A stretch of DNA of 30,483 bases from a virus (Duplodnaviria > Caudoviricetes). The notes below the pieces were generated by a model. The model ran no database searches and had not been told where the DNA came from. It was given only the letters and a program-made list of their open reading frames with translations. Location: positions 1 to 30,483 of the IMG/VR virus record IMGVR_UViG_3300020043_000786, one strand, 5' to 3'. Position numbers and translations under genes: made by a program. Below, one piece after another: positions 9,701 to 16,621 of this stretch. The stretch's first letter is position 1, and each line of letters starts with the position of its first letter.

Positions 9701-11136
9701 ATAGCGGCAGGAACTACTGAGTACATGACTGGAACTTTAGTTCCATCAGGTAATGTGGCAGTATCGGTATTTCCTAGAAATTTGCTTGGCAAATCAAAGG
9801 TGCTAATTGTGACTGGCGCTCCAGTACCAAACTCTTTAGATTCACTGACACGACTGTAATCTGGGTTTGCAGCAATACTTTGCATCTGCAAAATAGACGC
9901 TTGGGTAGAACGATCACGATTCTGAAATACGATCTCTGAACCCTCTGGAAGTCCTGTAAAGTAGTTTTGTAAAGCATCTTTGGGTGGTTCTTTTGGAGGC
10001 TCTGCGGTTACGGTAGGGGCAACAGGTGGGACTACAGGCGGAGTCTCAGGTGGAAGCGTTTCCACTGGTGGAGCTGCTGGTGGCTCTTCTGGCGGAATGA
10101 CCCCAGCAGTCGGGGCTGGAGTCTCTACTGGGGGTACTATCGGTGGCGGGGTTTCTTGTCTTGCCCGCAACGCATTTACCACGCCTGCTGGACCACCAAA
10201 TAAAGCACCGCCTAAGCCACCTAATGCAGTAGCTGCACCTACACCTTTTAATAAATCGGTCTCTGGAAATACTTCTTTAATTCCAACTTGTTTAGCAAAT
10301 GCACCGCCACCTTCTTCTATGGCTTCTGATCCAATCTCTCCAACGGTACTCTTTAGGAATCCTGCTGTACCAGGCATTCCTTTTCCAACTAATGCACGTT
10401 CGATGGCTGTACCGCCAGGTAATTTAGAAGATGCCAAGCTAAGTCCTGCTGCTTCAATAGCGGCTACTCGACCTTTAGATAACGCAATTCCTTGGGCTTC
10501 CTCATCAGGAACGCCTTGTTCTCTTAACTGCTTGTAGATAGTCTGGTAGGTGTCATAGCCTACGTCTGTGCCTTGCATAACAGCACCGCCTGAAACGGCA
10601 GAACCAACACCGACTTTTGCCATGGCTTGTTCAGTCGCTTCTTTCATAAGCAACTTAGCACCGCCTTTACCTAATATACCAAACCCATATGTACCAATTA
10701 GATTAGGAATCTGCTCAGCAAAGAATGATGTCAGCAGGGCTGGGTCAGTAGCAGTAGTTCTAAGAGCTGCGCCCGCTTCTTGAAAGAACCCTTCGGCTTT
10801 CTCAATCTCTCTAGCCCGTAACTGTTCTTTGGCAATTAATGTGGGTGATTTAGCTTCTTCACCAAGCTTCTGGATGTCTGCACCCAAAGCCTGAAGACCA
10901 GTCTTTTTTTGTTCAGGGAGATCGCCTGTTCTGGTAAAACCTACTAACTCAGAGATCTGACCTGGCAATTGCATAAGATTGCCAACACCCGATACAAAAC
11001 TAGCGCCGATATCTTTAGCGCCGCCTACAAATCCACGGGCAATTTTTGCTTGATCTTCTGGATTGTCTAACGTACCAGTAAAAGGCTTTAGTTCTAATGG
11101 TTTATCTAGCTCACCAGTAAACTCTTTAATAGGCAT
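3697..11136 (-). CDS. Large polyvalent internal virion/ejection protein (ParB-like + HExxH metallopeptidase-like + unnamed domain + ART-PolyVal + LPD38)
   Basis: 2479 aa: hydrophobic Gly/Ala N-terminus, Pro-rich linker, QNRDRS...AIAGNGR (ddrB-ParB-like), LHELLH...RELVAW, TPAFKRWFGDSKVVD..G.P.VVYHGT...GYDG (ART-PolyVal), WDRDNFWWF...FRVPKPFEIG (LPD38); last gene of the internal-protein cluster. Confidence 0.85.
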   Translation of the reverse strand: MPIKEFTGELDKPLELKPFTGTLDNPEDQAKIARGFVGGAKDIGASFVSGVGNLMQLPGQISELVGFTRTGDLPEQKKTGLQALGADIQKLGEEAKSPTLIAKEQLRAREIEKAEGFFQEAGAALRTTATDPALLTSFFAEQIPNLIGTYGFGILGKGGAKLLMKEATEQAMAKVGVGSAVSGGAVMQGTDVGYDTYQTIYKQLREQGVPDEEAQGIALSKGRVAAIEAAGLSLASSKLPGGTAIERALVGKGMPGTAGFLKSTVGEIGSEAIEEGGGAFAKQVGIKEVFPETDLLKGVGAATALGGLGGALFGGPAGVVNALRARQETPPPIVPPVETPAPTAGVIPPEEPPAAPPVETLPPETPPVVPPVAPTVTAEPPKEPPKDALQNYFTGLPEGSEIVFQNRDRSTQASILQMQSIAANPDYSRVSESKEFGTGAPVTISTFDLPSKFLGNTDTATLPDGTKVPVMYSVVPAAMVHSSNLADGTIDPMFMDMQQDGLRAIAGNGRIAGLKAAYTRGTAEDYKNQLIADKNHGVNPEVIKLMPNPVLVRIMPQSYVTPNIADLSNRPTIARLSPVETAKNDIRRFDLGGLEFNEDGTPSGKTLMQFINAMPIEERTELTDKSGRPTTQAIDRLANAIFQKAYGSDSLINLYAQAADPEAKTILNALARVAPKMAQLEGAGEYDVRNAIIQAAELAVNARRTGMNLKTAAQQIGLDVDPNSALVLDMFADNVRSGKRIGERLGALADEAIKQTQAGTDMFGAVPKKPLSEVYKALETPAGEPGLFEEPTPEVPTKPESEPIDFDIDKPKEQIAKEIDGLTIPELAQYSIDNAPNSAARAVSVKVKKVIDGLAAKKMFVKKVNVRNGDKRYKTRISTASGPKLVDSGTRGVTNTIYSSLGTKFTLEFNGVQNNGDADKFTAGYVTILHELLHIATNGELRILQKTSQIYKDLESIRIKVRKQVNLDIAAGKKSPILSRIAGGANTIKNPRELVAWGLTDTDFQIYLSKIKVGKQKTLFNELVDVFRRLLGINEEYETALEAVVRATDQILEKPISDITAEISKTGVRFEGEKIFTRQFKTDDGYTFYQLPDGRVVDNLDPKIVDMSWDNIKEFKKSVGTDVAEEGINLGKLPPGRSKELAIAAQQLQQGVLTREQFEEMVNKYAPIAPVPAPRQPASNEAMRNALATNQKDKLNPNIADGTPVGLRMDINALRKGASVVSIHQGSNTSKVGQVIGYGSVAAATDVKFSNRNQQALLKVATGEGKLPAQTMEGKYKNISPEEAYKRVTELLNDPEWIQVGVDPTRHGYFYDRANAMPVKSADELIQVGNFVLAKNAQYDSKENYLYEKVGAEPQTDTPAFKRWFGDSKVVDKNGNPVVVYHGTDSKFKKFNTEEGAFFFGGWEAESFAKTYGKNVVPAYVRITNPFKASFEEFISYDIDDLKNKGYDGVVYEEKVEGMPDEITQQWVAFEPNQVKSATSNKGTFSPVREEIDEEFTAPIAIAKAKELLQKRKPIPMGAFADVDPKLVQLAQPVFYPQQKTIIDRIEGLRDNFWKKTAQGIADQFRAIKDYSEEGYMQARLSKTVDGALEGLTFFGQVFNDSGALNIKQGTKGLMDIMKPIGQEVDRYQMWVALNRESQLPMEKRTKMPNMGELIKRRNEFAEGTIDGKPRLEIYNKVRSEMNTLNKSVLKVALDAGLIDSSRQKIDDLNARDFLTTKDKEILTRPYREEIERIENKKAMNVTEEDKDILKDYRALVRDINSLNNMTPDLRQELIDYYTNNPGAYERFSADINYIPFYRAMEDGDLQGASTASGLTNQQFSKELTGGERPYGDLMENTLRNWSHILSASMKNQAVNTIMKDATNFGAVMPNLKLQYEFIDGNVVNRSTGEIIGDGSVKPYMTTADKGTVKMMNDGQPIYYRVVDPMLLDSISSIGYMGPKSKFLDVARDFKNMLQFGVTISPAFKVRNLFRDSISAIAVTDLKKNPFANVIDGWVASNRNNPAHISALAGGAIFNFGTAYEGDQSKLIKRLLDQGVDANTILDSPDKVKKGLTILWEKYKDWGNKSESANRMALYNQLKDKGYDHLQASFYARDLLDFSMQGSWPAFRLAAQTIPFLNARVQGLYKLGRDGITPTSRVLYNTITGKEIEANDAQKARAFGYTTLAVAMASMLLYMAFKDDEEFQKREAWDRDNFWWFRLPGMEAAFRVPKPFEIGAFGTMAERVLEQIVDQGAEGKAFGDSVFRMLTDTFAINPIPQMIRPLVDLYANKDAFTGAPIESAGMERLSKQERVTDNTSPIAQALGGLSSIFGEKVSLSPVQVDYAIKAYFGWLGGTATQASVYATLPFRDGAYPDIKVMDKVSQGFIKSLPSDQSRYVTTFYENNKEINQAYADMRHYAELGDTEKVQKILEEKGDKIALNKMYDKTAKEMANVRAQIRVITNDKTLDGTTKREMIDNMKQILSILAEQAESVRKSLKANK

Positions 11137-11145
11137 AACTGTCCT

Positions 11146-12687
11146 TTAAGAAGCAGTAACTAGTTTACCATCTGGTGTTTTATAAACTGGCTTTCCTTGT
11201 GATGTGCCTACTTGCGTTGATCCTGGCGGTAAACCTGATGGTAAACCTGACTGAGGCGTGAAACCAAGACCTAATGTCATAAGCTCTCTTGCCTTTTGAG
11301 CTTTCTGTGTTTCATTTAATGTTAGATTTTTAGGATCAGCAGCAATTAATTTGTATGCCTCTTCAAATGTTATAGTACCAGTTTTACCAACACCCGAAAT
11401 TTGTCTTGCAATTTCTGGATTAGTTCTATAAAGCTCTGCTAATTCTGCAATAGAAGATGGTTTTCCTGCCTGTCTTTCTGCCGCAGCTGCTTGGCGTCCA
11501 GTATACCCAGCCAATTCTTTACGAATTGCAAGCTCTTCTGCTGCTTTTTTAGCTTCTTGACGTAGACCTTCAATACCCATAAGCTCTTTAATACGACCAC
11601 GCTCTTCAGCCCGCAGTGCTTTAACGTCCTCACCGTATCCTTTGAGAGCAGGGGCAGCGCCCTTACCGATATTAACAAAGGCGTAGGGGGATTCACCACC
11701 TAGCATACCGAGACTAGCCTCTAAAAGCCTAGCGTATTTTGCTTCTTCTTTAGACCCTTTGGCGGCTTCACGCTCATCCATAAGCATCTTTTCATACTTA
11801 GAATATAGTGGCTCTTCTGGTGGCTTTTCGTCTTGTTTTGTTTTTGGCGGTTCTGTTTTAACTTGTGGCTCAACCTTGGCAGTGGAAACGTTTCCACTTT
11901 TTTTAGCAGACTTGTCTTTTTGCTCTTGCTCAAATAAAGCAGCAGCCTTGTCAAAGGTCTCAAAATCTTTGTTTAATGCTTGTTGCTGACGTTCTTTTTG
12001 CATAGCGTCAGTAACACTTTCATTAGGCTTCATTCTGCCTTCTGCAACCATCTTGCCTTTGGTTGTTAGATCAGTACCCGCAAACATAGGTATCTCACCT
12101 GTACGGGCTTGTGATGCAGTGCGGAAACGTTTTGCTTGCTCTTCTGGAGTTTCACTTACAAATCTTCTTGCTGCTCCAATTACTTTTTCTCCAACATAAT
12201 TTGGATCAAAAACGTTTTTAAATAAACTTGCAACTCCACGGCTGCGTTGTAAATAAGGATTTTCTTCTAAATACCGTTTATCTTCTTCTGATAACTCGGT
12301 TGTTGGCATATTGGTCGATACAGGTTGATTTAGGTTATTTTGGAAAGCAACAATCCCACCGCCCGCATACATTCTTTCAGGCACTGGTAGTTGAGCAACC
12401 CCAGTATTTTCCATTTCTGGCATCTGTTGAGGCATTTGTTGTGGTTGTTCTGCCATTGCGTTTTGTGCCATGATCTGTTCCATCACGGACGTCTGTGGAG
12501 TGCCACCTTGCATTGCTTTGGATTTAGCAGCAGCGTCAATCATCTCAGCTTTTCTGGCAAGGATTGGGGCTACCATTTCAGTAGCAATTTGTTTCTTCTG
12601 AGCCATCTGCATAATCATGGCTTGTGGCAATTTAGCTAGATCATCAATTGAACTAGACTGCTGACGGATGGCAGATAAGATGCTCAT
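11146..12687 (-). CDS. Putative internal virion (ejection) protein
   Basis: 513 aa, helical Q/M/E/K-rich, MYAGGGIVAF motif, position between other internal-protein genes. Confidence 0.7.
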   Translation of the reverse strand: MSILSAIRQQSSSIDDLAKLPQAMIMQMAQKKQIATEMVAPILARKAEMIDAAAKSKAMQGGTPQTSVMEQIMAQNAMAEQPQQMPQQMPEMENTGVAQLPVPERMYAGGGIVAFQNNLNQPVSTNMPTTELSEEDKRYLEENPYLQRSRGVASLFKNVFDPNYVGEKVIGAARRFVSETPEEQAKRFRTASQARTGEIPMFAGTDLTTKGKMVAEGRMKPNESVTDAMQKERQQQALNKDFETFDKAAALFEQEQKDKSAKKSGNVSTAKVEPQVKTEPPKTKQDEKPPEEPLYSKYEKMLMDEREAAKGSKEEAKYARLLEASLGMLGGESPYAFVNIGKGAAPALKGYGEDVKALRAEERGRIKELMGIEGLRQEAKKAAEELAIRKELAGYTGRQAAAAERQAGKPSSIAELAELYRTNPEIARQISGVGKTGTITFEEAYKLIAADPKNLTLNETQKAQKARELMTLGLGFTPQSGLPSGLPPGSTQVGTSQGKPVYKTPDGKLVTAS

Positions 12688-13589
12688 GATTTACCCATCA
12701 TATTAAATAAAGAAAGACCTCCCAGTCCAATACCAGCTAATTGACTAGCAAAGCTTGGCGGAGGAGTGGTCATGGTTTGAGAACCAACTGTGTCGCCCAA
12801 AGGAACACCACGGAGGATATTGGCAAAAGAACCTAACTGTTGCTCTGGGAATCCTAATGCTCTCATTTGGTCTTGATACTGAGCATCTAATTGTTGCTGT
12901 GCAACACTGCGTTCTGTACCACCAAATGCTCCAAGAGCAGTAGAACGAGCTAAGTCTGTCTGTTGCTGTAACGCACCTTGCTGACCTAATCCTTGACCTA
13001 ATTGACCATAGGTAGCAGCAGAGCCTAACTGAGCTTTCTGTGCGGCTTCAAAGGCGTTTTGTAAGCCCATAGCCTGTATTTGACCCAGCTTAGTCTGAAG
13101 GTTTCTATCGGCTTCAGTCTGGGCTAATAGCTGTCTTGCGCCACCATAGGTTCCTTGACGAGCAGCACCTAAGTTTTGTGCCATTAATCCTTTTTGTGCG
13201 TCCCTTAGAGCTTCTGCTTTGTTAACGTCAATAACATTTTGAGCATAAGGCGACATATAGGCTTGAGTCTGCTCAGGGCTTAACATTGACCCTAATGCTC
13301 CTAGTCCTTGAGCGTACGCTCCATAGCCAGTTTGAAACTGTTCTGGACGTGCCATTCCAGCAATTTGTTGTCCTGCGGCTTGTTCTTGAGCAGATAGTCC
13401 AGCAATACGTCCAGCACCTTCTAGACCCATTTGGGATAAAGGCTGACCATAAGCGGTGGCATAGTCTCTAGCAAATACTTCTTGTGCTTTTGGTAGGATT
13501 CCGTAGGATTGGTCAACGCCAGTAAAATACGGCATTAACTCCGCTGGGATTGATTGTTGACCTGTTGTGACTGTAGTAGTTTGAGCCAT
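12684..13589 (-). CDS. Putative internal virion / DNA-transfer (pilot-like) protein
   Basis: 301 aa, Q/A/G-rich; YMSPY and GTYGGARQ motifs; hydrophobic C-terminal GIGLGGLSLF; AAGGA SD. Confidence 0.75.
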   Translation of the reverse strand: MAQTTTVTTGQQSIPAELMPYFTGVDQSYGILPKAQEVFARDYATAYGQPLSQMGLEGAGRIAGLSAQEQAAGQQIAGMARPEQFQTGYGAYAQGLGALGSMLSPEQTQAYMSPYAQNVIDVNKAEALRDAQKGLMAQNLGAARQGTYGGARQLLAQTEADRNLQTKLGQIQAMGLQNAFEAAQKAQLGSAATYGQLGQGLGQQGALQQQTDLARSTALGAFGGTERSVAQQQLDAQYQDQMRALGFPEQQLGSFANILRGVPLGDTVGSQTMTTPPPSFASQLAGIGLGGLSLFNMMGKS

Positions 13590-13599
13590 AATTTATCCT

Positions 13600-15903
13600 T
13601 TAAGCGGGCATCATTTTATTAGGTTTAATCTGACGACCTTGCTTTTCATTGCCTGTACGAGCTTTTCTAACTCTATCCATCATGGAATATAACTGTTTTG
13701 CTCCAGCTTTAGAAGAGCCATTTCCAAGATGAGATACTACATCGGCTGGAATAACAAATTCACCATCAGCCAGTCTAGCTTCTTGAGTTCCCTCTATTGT
13801 AGCTGGGATAGAGTCGCTCATGCCATCTCCACCGCCTGATAAAAATCTTGGAGTGCCGCCAGTAGCAAATTGCTGCATACCACCTACAGCACCTTCATTA
13901 AAGGCTGGCTGAGAGAGTCTGCTTAAGGCTAGATTTGGCATACCGCCAGCAGCGTACCCAAGACCAAATAGACCTTTTTGAAGATTGCCCTGATCCATGC
14001 CCATAGCAGAGTAATCACCGCCTAGTTCATCATCTACTTGACCACCCATAGCATACATATAAGGGTTTTCCCTTACTGCTTGTTCTGCTCGTTTTTTGCC
14101 TTTAGATATTCTGGCTAACATATCTGCTTGAGACTGTCTTGCTGGTCCTGCTGCAAGCTCTGCTTCTTCTCGCATCTTATTGGCTTCATCTATAGCCATC
14201 ATTCCAGATGTTCCCATGACTATAGGAACTCCCGATTTAAATATGCTTGCTTTTGTCCCAAATGCTTTAGTAGCGGCATCAGAATCAGAACTTAGCAAAT
14301 TACCAACGCCACGTTGCATTGCATCAGTATCTCTAAAAAATCCTTTTGGTGTTACTGTTGACGCAGGGACTTCTGTTCCAGGAACAGCATAAGACTCAGC
14401 AAGAGTATCAACGAGAGGCTTAGTTGGTTCCGTTCCAGCAGCTTCTATTCCAGCACCAAGAGTAGATGCACCATAGGCGGCTATACCACCCATTAAGGCA
14501 CGTTTCATGTCAAATCCTGTACCTGGTCGCCCAAATCCTGAAGATAAAGCTCCCACTCCAACTGCCATAGCGGGATTGGTAATAAACGGAGCGGCTAGTA
14601 TTCCAGCGTACGGAGCTACATCTTTTAGGAAAGGAAGAGCTTGTCCTACAGGCTGAACAATCGCTTTTTCTATAGGTTGAAAGGCTCTTGTTAAAGCGTT
14701 AGAAATACCGCCAAAAGCAAAATGCTTCACTTCTCCGCCTTTAGCATAACGTCTATTAACTGTTGCATAACGATCAAATGGATTTTCATAATCGTAAACA
14801 TTGGAAGCTGTTACTCTATTCCTTAATAAATAAGGACTTGCAACTCCACCAGAAGAACCGTAACCGCCTGTGTACCGTGAATCGGCTGCAACAGGTGAGC
14901 CTTGTGGTTGTGGCTGTTGACCTCTATTTGCTAATGACAATGCCCCTAAACCAACAGCGGCTGATTTGTATGGATTATTTACAACATAAGATTTAGCAGC
15001 ATTGTAACCAGCACCTAGCAATCCAGCCGCTCTATCTAAATACCCTGTTTCAACCATTTTTTGCGTTGCAGCATCTGCTGGTGTACTGTAATCAAATATA
15101 GGAGCATCAGTATTTGGTGATTTATTAATTAAATCATTAAAAAACTTTTCTTTTAGCTCTTCTTCAGACAGAGTTGGTGTTGTTGAAGACGCTAAAACTT
15201 CTGGGCTATAGCCTAATTGTGTAGCTCCGTCAGGTAAGTCTTGATATAGGCTTCCAAGATCCAATTCAGGCGGTATAACATCTACTGGGGGTGTCCCGTC
15301 TATGTATGGGCTTGCTTCATCAGGTGTATAGCTTGGTGGCGGTAAATAATCAGGTGGAGGAGTGCCATCAATATACGGACTACCTTCGTCTGGTACATAG
15401 TTAGGTCTATAAGAATCTGGAGGAACTCCATCTATATATGGACTTCCTTCATCAGGAACATATCCAGCATCGCCAAATAATGTGTTTAAACCATAAGAAC
15501 TAGCACCTGCTAAAGCTGCATTTTTTAAAATATCTCCTGGATCATCACCCCTAATTGCTCCAGTAGCTGCACTGGTTCCAGCAGCTAATGCAGCAGCTTG
15601 TCCAGCAGTTAAGGCGGCTCCAGTAACCATAGGTGCTGCATAAGGAACGGCAATAGCCGCAATTGTTCCCCAACCGCCAGGTACTGTATCTCCAACGGCT
15701 TTATCTACATCTGCTAAAGCCCCTAAAATTCCACCGCCACCACCATCTGTTCCAAGGACAGACGATATAGGATCTGTAATAGCGCTAACAATACCTCCGC
15801 CTCCACCGCCTTCTAAAGTCATGCCGTGTCTAAACGGGTTATGTCTGCCGCCTAAAGGATTAAAAGCGTGAATAGGAAGGGTGGATTCTAGGTGGTATCT
15901 CAT
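13600..15903 (-). CDS. Putative internal virion protein with repeated [YF]AxGG motifs and tape-measure-like C-terminal domain
   Basis: 767 aa; LEGGGGGG after a ~30-aa leader, hydrophobic stretches, five [YF]AxGG motifs, GDGMSDSIPA...LADGEFVIPADVV domain. Confidence 0.75.
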   Translation of the reverse strand: MRYHLESTLPIHAFNPLGGRHNPFRHGMTLEGGGGGGIVSAITDPISSVLGTDGGGGGILGALADVDKAVGDTVPGGWGTIAAIAVPYAAPMVTGAALTAGQAAALAAGTSAATGAIRGDDPGDILKNAALAGASSYGLNTLFGDAGYVPDEGSPYIDGVPPDSYRPNYVPDEGSPYIDGTPPPDYLPPPSYTPDEASPYIDGTPPVDVIPPELDLGSLYQDLPDGATQLGYSPEVLASSTTPTLSEEELKEKFFNDLINKSPNTDAPIFDYSTPADAATQKMVETGYLDRAAGLLGAGYNAAKSYVVNNPYKSAAVGLGALSLANRGQQPQPQGSPVAADSRYTGGYGSSGGVASPYLLRNRVTASNVYDYENPFDRYATVNRRYAKGGEVKHFAFGGISNALTRAFQPIEKAIVQPVGQALPFLKDVAPYAGILAAPFITNPAMAVGVGALSSGFGRPGTGFDMKRALMGGIAAYGASTLGAGIEAAGTEPTKPLVDTLAESYAVPGTEVPASTVTPKGFFRDTDAMQRGVGNLLSSDSDAATKAFGTKASIFKSGVPIVMGTSGMMAIDEANKMREEAELAAGPARQSQADMLARISKGKKRAEQAVRENPYMYAMGGQVDDELGGDYSAMGMDQGNLQKGLFGLGYAAGGMPNLALSRLSQPAFNEGAVGGMQQFATGGTPRFLSGGGDGMSDSIPATIEGTQEARLADGEFVIPADVVSHLGNGSSKAGAKQLYSMMDRVRKARTGNEKQGRQIKPNKMMPA
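15287..15462 (-). repeat. Three copies of coding repeat Y[VT]PDE[GA]SPYIDG[VT]PP
   Basis: Copies at ~15420-15462, ~15357-15399 and ~15287-15330; amino acids nearly identical, codons synonymous-diverged. Confidence 0.9.
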
Positions 15904-16268
15904 ACTTTAGCCATATAAGCGTATTCTTTGCGGTCAGACTTTTGGATGTCTACACCGTATGTTTTGAGCATTCTGACAATCTGTTCCCCGCTCTTAGGCT
16001 TAATAAAATAGACCTTCTTTAGATCAGAATCCTGAATCTTTTTAATAAAGTATTGAATGGCAGAAGCCAAGGACTGGGGAGGATCTACAGTATATAAATG
16101 CAATTCTACGTCCCCTTCTCCTAGACGGATCAAGAAAAGTACCGAGTTATTTTTCTGTAATAGTATCCCATTTCCAGCTTTAATAATACGGTCAATACCC
16201 ACAAGAACCTTCTTTGGGTCATCTGCTTGACTGTATTGGTCTTGTAAAATAATCTCTGATGGTGTCAT
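15900..16268 (-). CDS. Putative GNAT-fold virion assembly protein (T7 gp13-like position)
   Basis: 122 aa alpha/beta; ELHLYT strand followed by amphipathic helix; lies between the tail genes and the first internal-protein gene. Fold inferred from pattern and synteny. Confidence 0.5.
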   Translation of the reverse strand: MTPSEIILQDQYSQADDPKKVLVGIDRIIKAGNGILLQKNNSVLFLIRLGEGDVELHLYTVDPPQSLASAIQYFIKKIQDSDLKKVYFIKPKSGEQIVRMLKTYGVDIQKSDRKEYAYMAKV

Positions 16269-16621
16269 ATAATAGTAACCGTTACCGTCCCTACACTAGC
16301 TGTTGCAAATATTCCTTGGAAGTTGTTGGTCACTATTGTGACACTGCCAACCGTCCCAGTTCCCGAAACACCTTCTACATAAGCAAAGTTTGGCAGAACT
16401 ATTTTTAAGAACTCGCCATCCCGAAAGACTGTGCCTTCTGGCAAATTGTACCCCGATGTTGGCAAATTTAATAGCCTGATCCCGTCTGCCTGTAAAGGCA
16501 CGTTGGAGTCTAATTGGGTGAAGTAAAGCCGTAAAACCCCAATTAACTGAGACAGTTGCTGTTGGTCGTATTCTGGTGTCGCAAGCGGAAGAGCTGGCGC
16601 CCGAAACTTTTGCATTGCCAT
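16265..16621 (-). CDS. Putative tail-associated structural protein
   Basis: 118 aa; APALPLATPEYD...LRLYF N-terminus, LPTSGYNLPEG motif, C-terminal G-V-x-G-T-G-x-V-G-S-V repeats. Confidence 0.7.
   Translation of the reverse strand: MAMQKFRAPALPLATPEYDQQQLSQLIGVLRLYFTQLDSNVPLQADGIRLLNLPTSGYNLPEGTVFRDGEFLKIVLPNFAYVEGVSGTGTVGSVTIVTNNFQGIFATASVGTVTVTII

Noticed and set aside
9980-10783. 185-aa and 71-aa + strand ORFs, plus the other short + ORFs within 3770-9859
   Set aside because: Antisense to the giant gene; composition mirrors the sense codons and there are no recognisable motifs
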